Assembly: GCF_902459465.1 (NCBI RefSeq)
Contig: NC_047072.1
Coordinates: 16,120,001-16,184,000, forward strand
DNA length: 64,000 bases
Direction: 5' to 3'
Source of the DNA: Asterias rubens
Lineage: Eukaryota
Translations under genes and position numbers: made by a program
In this document: positions 11,799 to 22,696 of the stretch, one piece after another
Position numbering within the stretch: position 1 is the first letter of the stretch
Layout of the letters: every line of letters starts with the position of its first letter
The notes under the pieces: model-generated
Databases searched by the model: none
What the model was told of the DNA's origin: nothing
The model's input: only the letters and a program-made list of their open reading frames with translations

Positions 11799-14700
11799 AT
11801 GCATTTTGATGAAATCTTAGCTCATGTTGGTGAGTTTGGCAGATTTCAACAAGTTGTGTACTTCACGGCTTGTATTTTGGTTATTCCTGTGTATTGGCAT
11901 ACAAATGTACAGGTATGTTTAACTCGAATTGGTTTGAAAATAAAATTCTGGTTTAAAATCCGTTATTCATCTTTTAGTTTTAGTGTGTAGTTTTGTTCAA
12001 GGGACTTTCGACTTGTATAAGGCCTATTTTCAAAGCTTTGAAGAAAAAAAATCAAAATGCGATTTATTGTTGATTGTTATCAACAACGAGGAATCACTGC
12101 CAGTGTTTATGGCACTTAATGTATCTTTTTGTTTTCTTCCGGTAAATAATCTAAATTAATCAGAATAATTTGTTTTCATCGATATTCAGGTCTTTTCAGC
12201 AGCAAGTACAAATCACTGGTGTACAGTGCCGGACATAAACCAAGAATGTGACGAATGGAATCTTACTAGTTCACAATGCACTGAGCAGATAATGATGCTT
12301 GGTATACCGCCCTCTATTGACACTACCTACCCTAATGATAACTGCCAACGATATAATTTGACAGGGGTACCATTGGTTTATAACACGTCCGGAGCGGATC
12401 TTGGGGTCGAGGTGATCCAGTGCGACAAAGGATGGATGTACAATGCTACTTCATATGCTACAACTATCATTTCTGATGTAAGTGATTAAATTCAATTCAA
12501 CAAAATTCAATACAAAACATTTACAATACAGCTAAAACGTAAACATTGACTGATTGAAATGTTATCTGACCCGAGAAATGAATAATAAAAAAATTGGGTT
12601 TGAGTCATTCGCAGTTAAGTCGAGCTCAAGTCTATATCAAGTGGTCTACTACAAATCAAGGGTTGTAAAATAAAACATCCTCGAAGATTAAACAAAGGAA
12701 GATAATAACAATGGGCTTCTTATTAAAGAGCTCATGGGCGGTCGCTAAAACGTAACTTACAGTGCTTCCTGCAAGGTATGTGGGGAAATCGGTATGATAC
12801 CTAATAATGTTTAAGGATAAGCACTATGATTGTTTACAAATTAATGTGGTGGATAATACAGCCAATCAAACAGAGCGAATCCCTTCTCTTTTCCATAAGT
12901 GCACTGGGTTTACACACCACACGGGACCAACGGCTTAACCTCCCGACCGAGGGATGCAGCAGTATTAATGGTTAAGTTTCTTGCAAAGTGTCACGACTGG
13001 GACTCGAACCCGCCATACTCTGTTGGGTCAGAAACACCAGAGTTTAAATCCGGTGCTGTTTCATAATAACCGTTAGGCCATGAATGGATGCGGTGTACTT
13101 TGTACCAACCTCAAAACGTGAATCATTGAACGTGTTTTTCCCCCGCAGTTTGATTTGGTTTGTGATGAAGGAAATCGAGCAGATATTGCACAGATGGCAT
13201 TCTCTATTGGAACTGTCGTAGGAGCCGTCCTATTTGGATACCTTTCCGATAGGTAACAGTTTAAATCAAACAAATATTAATAGTTTTTGGAAAAAGATAA
13301 TGTTGTCAAAAAGCAAGAAAAACAATTAAAGTGCACAACACGTTTGAGAATCAATAATTATCGGTAAATAATGATTATGACACGCAGTTGCCGACTACAT
13401 TGGACACCTTTGGTAATGAAAACAATTGTCAAAGACCAGGTGAGTGTAACTATCTCTTGGTTTACCCAAACATAATGCATAACAAATTTCTTTCTCTAAA
13501 ACTCACGCACTTCAGAGGGAGCCATTTCTCCCAATGTGATACATCAACAGCCTTCACTGCTCGTTACCAAGAAAGTTTTCATGCATCTACAATTAATTTG
13601 AGTAATAAACCAATAGTGCCTGTAATTGACTTTGATTGTGGATGAATCTCTCTGCAGGTTTGGACGTCGGTCAATCTTTCTGGTTTGTCTCCTCGTCCAA
13701 GGACTTGTTGGTTTAATTATTGCCTTCTCACCTAGTTTCATATTCTACACGATATTTCGGACCGTTCTTGGACTGGCTAACCAAACTGTGATCCAACTTG
13801 GCTTCGTCTTGGGTTAGTAAGAACTTTTGTTTTAAATAATTGTAGACAGACCATTTTGTTTTTCTATAAATAGCAATGATCGTGATTTATTATTTCCTTT
13901 TTATAATCCAGGTAATGAATTTACTGGTCCTTCGAAACGAGTTTTTGCTGGTGTGGTGATAAGTTTCTTTCTGAGTTTCGGTAATATGACATTAGCTTTA
14001 CTGGCCGCGTTCTGTCGTAGTTGGCGTCTATTACAAATCGTGATTTCTATTCCTCCACTTCTTGGGATATTATTATTGGCGTGAGTATTGTTTAATATTA
14101 ATGATTGATAAACAAACATCTGTGATAAGAAGACATTAAACAGCTACTTGAGTGTCAATTATTGTCCAGCAATTCGATGTCAAAACTTTTGTAACTTTAA
14201 TTGTTTATCATTCGATTGCAATTTTTATAATCATTTTGACAAGTCTGAATTTTTCGTTATTATCGGTCAAAATAATTAGACCCAACCTCAATGTTTTGAT
14301 AAACGCTTCTCTGATGTCATGTGTGGGATTTTGCTTTTCTGTACCTCCTTTGCTACAAATCGGCTGCAAAACAGAGCTCTCATAAAATGACGGGAGTGGT
14401 GACGTAATGGGGATAATGAGAAGTGTCTTTAAAGATATTGTTTTTCTTATAAAATAATGTAAAAAACTAGATTTCGTTTTATAATAATCGAAAACATGAG
14501 TTTAATCTAAGATCACTTGTCGTTTTCGTCCAAGCTGGTCTTAAGGTTCAAGGTTTAGTCATATCAACAGTTTCAACAAGAAATTATCACTCAAGAGCAA
14601 TCAGTTTAAAGAATACAATATATCAAGATGAAAATGATACCGCAGAGAGGGATCCATTTTAGAAGCAAAGCTTGTGGGCATTGGTCTCTAAGACATGCAT

Positions 14701-17166
14701 TTGCATTGAGGCGCAGAATATCAATTACAAATCGGTGAACTAAAAAGTCGACAAGTTGATTCAAAAATTTGCATAAAATCACGACTAACTGTGAATTCAC
14801 GCAGATTTATTCCAGAATCTGCAAGATGGTTGGTTTCTGTTGGTAAAGTTCAATTGGCAGAGAAGATCATTCGCAAGGCAGCTAAAGTCAACGGTGTTCC
14901 ACAACCAGATGTCATCTTTACTGAGAATGAAATAAAGGAATTACAGGTTTGTGTTTTTGTCTTCAACAATCTCTTTACTTTGCACACGCGCCTTGGAATA
15001 GGCAACCAGAATGGTGGCGTTCTTCAAATGCCTGACGATTGATTGTTTAATCGATTGATTTAATTATTTCTTGTATGACTGATTGGTTTATTTTATCTTG
15101 AATGATTGATTGTTTGGTAGATTGATTGATTGATTGATTGATTGCACAAAGCATTTTTATAAACTCTAACAAACTTGTTATAAATATCTCTACTTGTTCC
15201 CATATACAGGAACCAAACGAAGCGTCGGTTTTTGATTTATTGAAGTACCCAACTCTTAGGAAACGGATTCTAATCATTGTATGGATATCGTAAGTTTACT
15301 CAATACTGTGAATAATTCAATCAAATTAAACGCATAGTGTTTAATGTCATTTTAATTAAACCTTAATAAGTATAAGCAGCCATCTGTATTGCCAATTTGA
15401 AACACAAAGTCGGGCGTTTTGCACGAGAACGGCTTGCAGTACGTACACATTTGTCACAAAACTCATTTCACGATTGGCTAGTAAACAACGCGGCGGCACA
15501 TTTAGAGCGACGACGAGCCAAAAATGCAAATTGTCAGCAAAAATGGCGTCAATAATGCATGTTGTTATATTTTAGTGATTTGTCATTTACAGTGGAAATA
15601 AAGATGTAAACGTAAAAGAGAGAGAAGACGCCCCTAAATTGTTGAATGAATTTAATTGAACTGAAGACGAGCAGAGTATACTGTTCGAGACGTCGAAACC
15701 ACATTAGCTCTTCTCAGAGCCAACACTCACTCAAAAGAGATTTATACATGGTTGTACCCGCATGTTTGCTATCGATTTATAGTTTATTCTCGAACTTGAC
15801 AGCTTTGTCATAAACTACCGCGAGAGAAGAAATTAACTTTAATATGTTTGTAATTTCTCTTCTAGAATGGTTGCTGGTCTAACCTTCTTTGGGCTGACGT
15901 TAAATACTGGAGGTTCAGGAACCAGTGACTACATTTCCTTCCTACTGTCGGGGCTGATTGAGATCCCTGCCTATGTCTTATGTCTTATATTCCTCGATAA
16001 AATCGGTCGTCGTTTCATGACGGTTGGGTTTTTCTTGATTGGAGCTAGTGCGTGTTTAGTTACGGCGTGGCTTGGTAAGAAGAAGCACATTGGCACGACC
16101 AGATGAGTTTGAAAATTAAGACAATACGGTTACACCAATGTATATACTACATGTGCAATTCACAGCAAAAATACGATGGGCAAAACATTTACATAGAAAG
16201 GTGAAAACGAAATGAACTAACTTAAAATAATCAATAAATAAAAAATGGACAGAGTTAGTTATAAAAACATCAAGGGCAAAGTAGAATCATTCAATGATTG
16301 CATACTAAGCTTTAAGTGTTGTTTCATTATCAACTTCTTTGTTCCTGTAACTCCTTGAATTGTACTTGTTGCTCTTGTATGGTGTAGGCCGAACAAATAA
16401 TAATGATAATAACCTTCCAATGTTTTAGAACCTGGAATCGTGAAGACGTCCGTGTCTCTCCTTGGGAAGTTTGGTGCCTCAGGAGCTCTTTGTATTGTTC
16501 CGTTTTATTGCCTAGAACTTCTACCTACGCCCGTTAGGTAAAGGACGTTTTAATTTTTAAAGGTTATCATTTATAAGCTTTCTTTAAAATCATCTTCTTG
16601 CCCAAAATGTCTACACCTACTCATCACAGGTTGTTGCAATTATAATTGTACTGAATACAGGTCCGCTGGTATGGGACTCCAACTGATGGGTCTTGGCATT
16701 GGATCCATCTTAGCTCCAGTATGTCTTATTCTTCAAGACCTTTGGGATCCAAGCCTTATGTTGATATTTGGACTACTTTGCTTACTGTCTGCTCTACCTA
16801 CATTCATGTTACCTGAGACTGCAGGGAAAGCATTACCAGAGACAATAGCAGAAGGAGAAAGCTTTGGCAAAAAGTAAGTCTTTAAGATCTGATTATCTTT
16901 GGTAAGATCAATGCGCATATTCAAACTTGATTTTAAGTTTTAGATGTGTTTTACCTCAATTTTTTTCTTTTTTTTTCTTGTGAAATTAATTTGTACGAGA
17001 CCTCTCGCTTGTAAAAACGTGTATTTTGTGTGTTTTTGGCTTCAGAACGATCAGCAGCGAAGAAGTAACGGCAGATGACGTAATTCCAATGGCTGTGTCC
17101 TCGGTTGGAGTTCAAACCATACCTCAAGGACATTTGGAGACTTTTGTAAATCATGGATTTAAATAA
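11799..17166 (+). CDS. SLC22-family (organic cation/anion transporter-like) MFS transporter, ~567 aa
   Basis: Eleven in-frame exons: 11799-11912, 12190-12477, 13149-13252, 13658-13812, 13912-14080, 14805-14946, 15210-15289, 15866-16074, 16429-16537, 16661-16873, 17046-17166 (1704 nt). Family motifs: FDEILAHVGEFGRFQ, Cys-containing extracellular loop ending FDLVCD, GYLSDRFGRR, IPESARWL, ELLPTPVR, LPETAGKALPET. The subfamily cannot be assigned by eye. Confidence 0.92.
15661..15790 (+). mobile_element. Penelope-like element terminus with a degenerate hammerhead motif
   Basis: CTGAAGA-c-GAGCAG-agtata-CTGTTC-GAGA-CGTC; the conserved GAAA is mutated to GAGA. Lies in an SLC22 intron. Confidence 0.55.
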
Positions 17167-17433
17167 AAACGGACAAATTGTTTTGGTGTGAGAATCGTGT
17201 ATCTTAAAGTAAAGACCAGAATGAGCAGTGTGTGGAGACGCCATGCGTTGCGTTTGGTTTCGCCGTCTCGACGTATTACCACTGCAACAAAATTATTGGA
17301 AAAACAGGCAGCGCATGCAACGAGTGACTGGCAACAGCAAAAATGGACTAGGGTAGACTGGGCCCATGTCTTTACCAGCAATAATAACGACAGCTACTTG
17401 CTATTTAGATGATGCAGTGATTCCATTGGGTAC

Positions 17434-17900
17434 AATGATACCATTTCTGACATGATCTTACAGGGCATTGAGGCACTAGGCAACCACAGAGAGACTGTGC
17501 GTTTGAGTAGGGAGAAACTCTGGATTAGACGCCTCCAGACCATTCAACCCCATGGTCTGAACATCCAAGAAGGAAACGACTAATAAACCTTTTGTTTTAC
17601 CGTCTCCTTTTTTCCCCATAGCCTTCTAGCCTGAGCCTCATTCACTAATAAATTACTTTTTAAGTAGGATTTGAAACTTTGCATGGTGGAAGTAAGATAT
17701 ATAAAAGTTTGCGATAACAAGCCTTCATGCATCACCGCTGATCCACCGCCCAGTACTTAAGCAGCATGCAGCATCAGAGTCCAGCATTCTCCAGAAGACG
17801 ATCAGAGCATACTGATCGAAACGTCGAGTTAATCCAACGGTTCTTTTCAGAACCACGCCAACTAATTTAGATATTGTTATTACATGGTGTTACCGCAAAC
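17434..17900 (+). mobile_element. Penelope-like retroelement 3' relic (GIY-YIG endonuclease C-terminus plus 3' repeat with hammerhead-like motif)
   Basis: 17434-17583 translates to NDTISDMILQGIEALGNHRETVRLSREKLWIRRLQTIQPHGLNIQEGND*, matching the R...RE..WI..L.T..P.GLN pattern of Penelope endonucleases. HHR-like fold at 17789-17828. A truncated sibling lies at ~19157-19260. Confidence 0.8.
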
Positions 17901-17919
17901 TTTTATATATAAATTACTT

Positions 17920-18193
17920 TTTACCCAACCTCACCACCCTTGATGTTGTCCTTTGTGTTTCCATCTTCTTGCTTGTGGTCAAGCCATTCCCTTCTCTTCA
18001 CCCCCCCCTTTTTGTCCCCCTATTCATTGTTTATCCCCCTGCTTTTTATGTACGCTTTCTAACCCCATTCATGTATTTCCACTTCACTGCTTATGTTTCA
18101 CTTAGTTACCTGTCCACGTTTGTTGTGTTGTCATTTAGCCTTCGAGAAAGACTCTGCTAGGGTCGAAACGTCAGGCCATTAACTATTTTTTGC
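17920..18193 (+). mobile_element. Second Penelope-like terminal repeat family (gccttcgagaaagactctgctagggtcgaaacgtcaggcc)
   Basis: HHR-like architecture at 18138-18176; degenerate relatives at ~2975-3100 and ~7760-7880. Confidence 0.55.
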
Positions 18194-20093
18194 AATAATG
18201 TATTTACAATAATGTTGGTGTTAAATAAAGTGACAAGGCATGGGAAAATAAGGCGAACTGGTTTGCCTAGATACAACTCAGAGGAAGGACCAAGTATTGT
18301 GAGCGCTGACCTCTACAAATGCAGTATGCCAATAAAAAACAATCCATTTTGGGTAACCGGGGTGCGTGTGAGGCAACCCCAAATCATTAGTAGGTCAGAG
18401 TATTTCTACTGAATAAAGAGTGGCAGGAAAACAATATTCAGTCTTAAAATGATTCACGGTTTGGAATTGGCTGCGGTTGGCTGCGGTTGGAATGATTGAT
18501 TTAGGTCAAAAAAAAATTCTCAAGCGCTGAACACAAATAGATTTCAAGGAGATACCAAAAGGGCCGACAGCGATGGCCAAACTGGTGCAGTGCGCACTAC
18601 AATAAACGTTTTTATGCATTATGCATGCATGGTTGTTTGGCATAAAGTTCAGAGACGGGAATCTAACCCTACAATGGAGTTTCTGAAGGTTTTGATCAGT
18701 TTGAAATAGTTCGTCAGACAGAATCCAGGGACCTGGCCCTTGGTTGGTGATTGATTTGTTAAAGTGGATCAAAAGCCTCCTAAAGCCCCTTAGCACGATT
18801 GATTAACAACAGTGTCTGCTTCAGGGTCTGTATAGACGATGGTATCAAAATTGAAGCATTTTGATTGGCTTATTATTTTAAATAAATCTGTTCACGTGCC
18901 CAAACTATTCACGCCTTTCCCCCCGCGGACCAATAGCGATGGTTTTCAGTCCTAAATGTTTTCTATAAAACAAGACCGACACAGGCTGGTTTGACGAAAG
19001 CAGAGTCACCACTTACAGAGAGTAGCAGCACATTTAAATCTGCCATATCGAGAGACGGTATTTCACCAGGGAGAAACTTCCATTATAAAGGTATGTTTGT
19101 TATATTCATTTATAATGATCTCATCTGTATCATATATTATTGTGTAATTTTAGTTTCAGATCAGAGTATACTGATCGAAACGTCGAGTTAAAACCAACGG
19201 TTCTTTTCAGAACCACCCAACTAGAGATTATCTTTGCATGGTGTTACCGCAAACTTCATATTGTATTTCCACCATGCAAAGTTTAACATCCATCTTAAAT
19301 TTAGTTTGTTGGTTGTTTAAGAAAAGACACAAAGAAGGGAAATAGCTCAGTGGTGTAGATGGCAGTTGTAATGTTATGAAATGCTCTTCCTTCGATTGCT
19401 GAACCTCTTTCTCACATCTTTAACCTCTACTTTTTGAGTGGATCTGTGCCTCTTGTTGCAAAAACATTTCCTAATATGATATATTATTTTTTCTTCTTCC
19501 CAAAACTTCATCAAAGAATAATGTGTAATCGTTTCACTAGTTTCATTTCTCATTGCATGCTTTAGATTTACTCTGTACCGACTTGGCCCAAATTGAATTT
19601 TGCCTCTTATCCTTACATAAATCACTGCAATAATCTGATGGGCATCTTTAAGGAATACCATATTGCAACCTCCAACTGACTGTATGGTTTTTATAATAAT
19701 GAAGCAACTGCAAGTTGCATCATCAATTACTGCAATTCGAGCTCATTTTGTTTTTGCTGTCAAAACTGTTGCTGGCAGTTAAGGCACTTTATGTAATCCA
19801 CCATAATTACATAAACTGACAAACCTGTAGAGGTTTTATATCGATCTAATCGGCCATCTGGGTCACGAGAAAATAGTGAAAACAAAATAAATGCCACCTT
19901 TTGCAAAACATCGATTAAAGAGAATTGAATAAAACGCTCACTGAGCGATAAACGGGAAATTTGCTTTACTTGATTCCCATATAATGACATTTCAAAGCAC
20001 GTTTTTTACTTTAGTATCACCATCATTAGACCGTGTAAGTTTTATGTGAATCTGTGATCGATTTGTACGTTCAGACGTGGGGTTAAACTAAAA

Positions 20094-20626
20094 AGCCATT
20101 ATACACTTTCGGTAAACAGTATTGTCCAAGTCCCACACTTCGTGTATCACAACTTATATATAAAATAACAAACCTGTGAAAATTTAGGCTCAATCGGTCA
20201 TCGGAGTCGGGAGAAAATAACGGGAAAATCCACTCTTGTTTCCGCGCGTTCCGCACTTATCTTATGTCACAGGTTTTCTGACTAATTTTGTTGTGTCTGA
20301 TTTTCTTTGTGTTGTGTTTTGTTTTGTTTTTGATTTGTTTTTGGTTTTACTGCGCCTTGAACACCCAGCAAGGTGGATATGTGCGCATTACAAGGTTTAT
20401 TATTATTATTTATTATTATTATGTCATGACGTGTGTTTAGAATAAATCCGTAATTCTCGCTATCGAGAATTGATATTGTTTTAATGTTTTCTCAATAAGT
20501 AAAGAATTTCATGGAACAATATTTCAAGAGAAGTCTTTCACCATTACCTTTTGTAAACCCTGTAAATTATTTTTCTAACTCTATGAACTTTTTTCTTTCT
20601 TTCTGTACCAAAAGTGTATAATGGCT
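20094..20626. mobile_element. Non-autonomous TIR element (Kolobok-like) interrupted by a LINE/SINE tail
   Basis: TIRs agccattatacactt(tc)ggta / tacc(aa)aagtgtataatggct, with TTAA on the right flank. Internal tgcgccttgaacaccc...gcgcattacaag plus (tta)n at ~20350-20420. Confidence 0.6.
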
Positions 20627-21128
20627 TTAAGAGAGCATGCAGCACCGATATTTGCACAGTTTTATAACCTCACTGTCGCGTTTTTTGGTGTAGACTCCAT
20701 ACCGGGAAAATCATGTTTATTAAAACAAACTTCCTCCAACAGTCAACTCTTCCTTGTTCACGTTTGTTCAAGAGCTCGTTTAATTGTTTGTTTTTCTTCT
20801 TTGATAAAATTTCAGTGACAGAAAATGATGGAATTGTTACCTGAAGAGGGGACCGATCTCGCCATGGTAGTAATCACATTGTTCAGGAATCATCCGTTCT
20901 GTTGTATACGCTTTTGATCGATTGAGGTTATACGGCTCTAAAGGGAACATTACATTTATAATTGTTTGGTTTCGTTTCAGATGATTTACAAGTTGATGCT
21001 GATTTTGATCGTGGTGTCCACCGCAGATGCATTTATTCTAACTGCACTTTTAACTGCGCTTTTGATCGATTGAGGTTATACGGCTCTAAAGGGAACATTA
21101 CATTTATAATTGTTTGGTTTCGTTTCAG

Positions 21129-22696
21129 ATGATTTACAAGTTGATGCTGATTTTGATCGTGGTGTCCACCGCAGATGCATTTATTCTAACTGCACTTACG
21201 GGTGCCGGTATAATACAACCAGAACCTCTAGCAAATTGTCCGGACATGTTTACAAAGAGTATGAAAGGTAAACAAAAAGTTATGTTGACAAACGTTGAGT
21301 AAGAAAATAATTAATTGAACTAGTTTGTGTTTGCCAAGCTTCACAAGAATGACGGTGACACAGTCCCCCACGCACTTTGCATCAATACTAAGATCTCTCA
21401 TGCACACCCTCTCTTGTCCGAGTGTTTGCCAAGCTTCACAAGAATGACGGTGACACAGTCCCCCACGCACTTTGGATCAATACTAAGATCTCTCATGCAC
21501 ACCCCCTCTCTTGTCCGAGTGGTGTCGGTTTCACTCTTGTCAGAGTGAAAGTCAGTTTGTGTCACTCTGTTTGGGTGAAATAAGGAACGATCTTCACTCG
21601 AGTTCAAAGACCCGGCTTTCACCCTTAAGAGAGTTGTCCACTCTTTCTCTCTTAATGTACGACTATTATACTAGAACACATTAAATACAATGTCCCATTC
21701 GGTAGGGCTTAAACCATTTTTCGAAGAACACTAACAATTTTGTTGCATCGAACTTTTGGAGATCAGATTTCAACAAAAAGAAAAATATACTTGTATGTAT
21801 TGTCAGGGTTCAGCATTAATGGAATCGCCCAAGCGCCACTGGATCGGCCTCGCGAAAAGGGCACTGATAAAAAAGGCGGCCTTTTCAGTTCAAAACAACA
21901 ATCGGAATTCTGACTTTTTAATGCCAGCTCAACACCCATTTTTTGCATTGTCTCCTGTTTCTGTGTCCTTGTTATTTAAAGGCAGTGGACACTATTGGTA
22001 ATTGTCAAAGACTAGCCTTCAAAGTTGGTGTATCTCAACATATGCATAACATAACAAACCTGTGAAAATATGAGCTTGGTCGGTCATCGAACTTGCGAGA
22101 AAATACTGAAAGAAAAAAAACCCTTGTCACACGAAGTTGTGTGCGTTTAGATGGTTGATTTCGAGACCTCAAGTTCTAAACTTGAGGTCTTGAAATCAAA
22201 TTCGTGGAAAATTACTTCGTTCTCGAATACTATGTCACTTCAGAGGGAGCCGTTTCTCACAATGTTTTATACCATCAACCTCTCCCCATTACTCGTCACC
22301 AAAAAAGGTTTTGTGCTAATAATTATTTTGAGAAATTACCAATAGTGTCCACTGCCTTTAAGATGCTTGTTTTCATCCGCAGGACGTGGTATTTGTCTGA
22401 CTACAGAACAGTTTTGGGGTGAGACTGAACGGGATGCGGCCCAAGCCAAATGTAAGACTATGGATGCGGAGCTTTGTGACTTGGGCATGTTGTCTTATGC
22501 GTGGCAGCAGAACTACGCTGATGAACGCTGGGGCATGTACGACGTGCCAGGTCGGGACGCTAGAGTTACTCCCTGTGGCAAAAACTACTCTGGTGACGAA
22601 TGTTATACCTATAAAATGCTCATTATTGCTCCCATTCACGTCATCCCGAACACTCCCCGCCCTAGTCCTAAGCTACCCGCTTGGTGCTGTAAATAG
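21129..22696 (+). CDS. Small secreted Cys-rich protein (~150 aa) with a Link-module/C-type-lectin-fold-like domain
   Basis: Exon 21129-21267 (acceptor tttcgtttcag; MIYKLMLILIVVSTADA signal-peptide-like; phase-1 donor G|gtaaac) joins in frame to exon 22383-22696 (acceptor ttttcatccgcag; AAQAKCKTMDAELCDLGMLSYAWQQNY...PCG...AWCCK*). Eight Cys in total. An upstream exon may exist (candidate 20816-20866). AATAAA at ~23188. The fold assignment is by-eye pattern matching only. Confidence 0.75.
21980..22357. mobile_element. Non-autonomous Kolobok-like MITE (TTAA target duplication, TIR AGGCAGTGGACACTATTGGTAATT)
   Basis: Perfect TIRs with TTAA at 21976-21979 and 22358-22361. Repeated in each array unit, with an inverted dispersed copy at ~46070-46446. 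A related subfamily (aggcactggacac...gtgtccagtgtct) lies at ~23271-23550. Confidence 0.82.

Noticed and set aside
17622-17634. Alternative SLC22 last exon (ccccatag|CCTTCTAGCCTGA)
   Set aside because: It lies within the Penelope 3' region; the exon at 17046-17166 has a stronger acceptor and a plausible C-terminus (FVNHGFK*).
21756-22422. Repeated 60-80 aa ORFs in each array unit (MEIRFQQK..., MVDFETSS..., MENYFVLE...)
   Set aside because: They fall in intron or MITE sequence; the same peptide appears from the dispersed MITE copy at 46119-46355.
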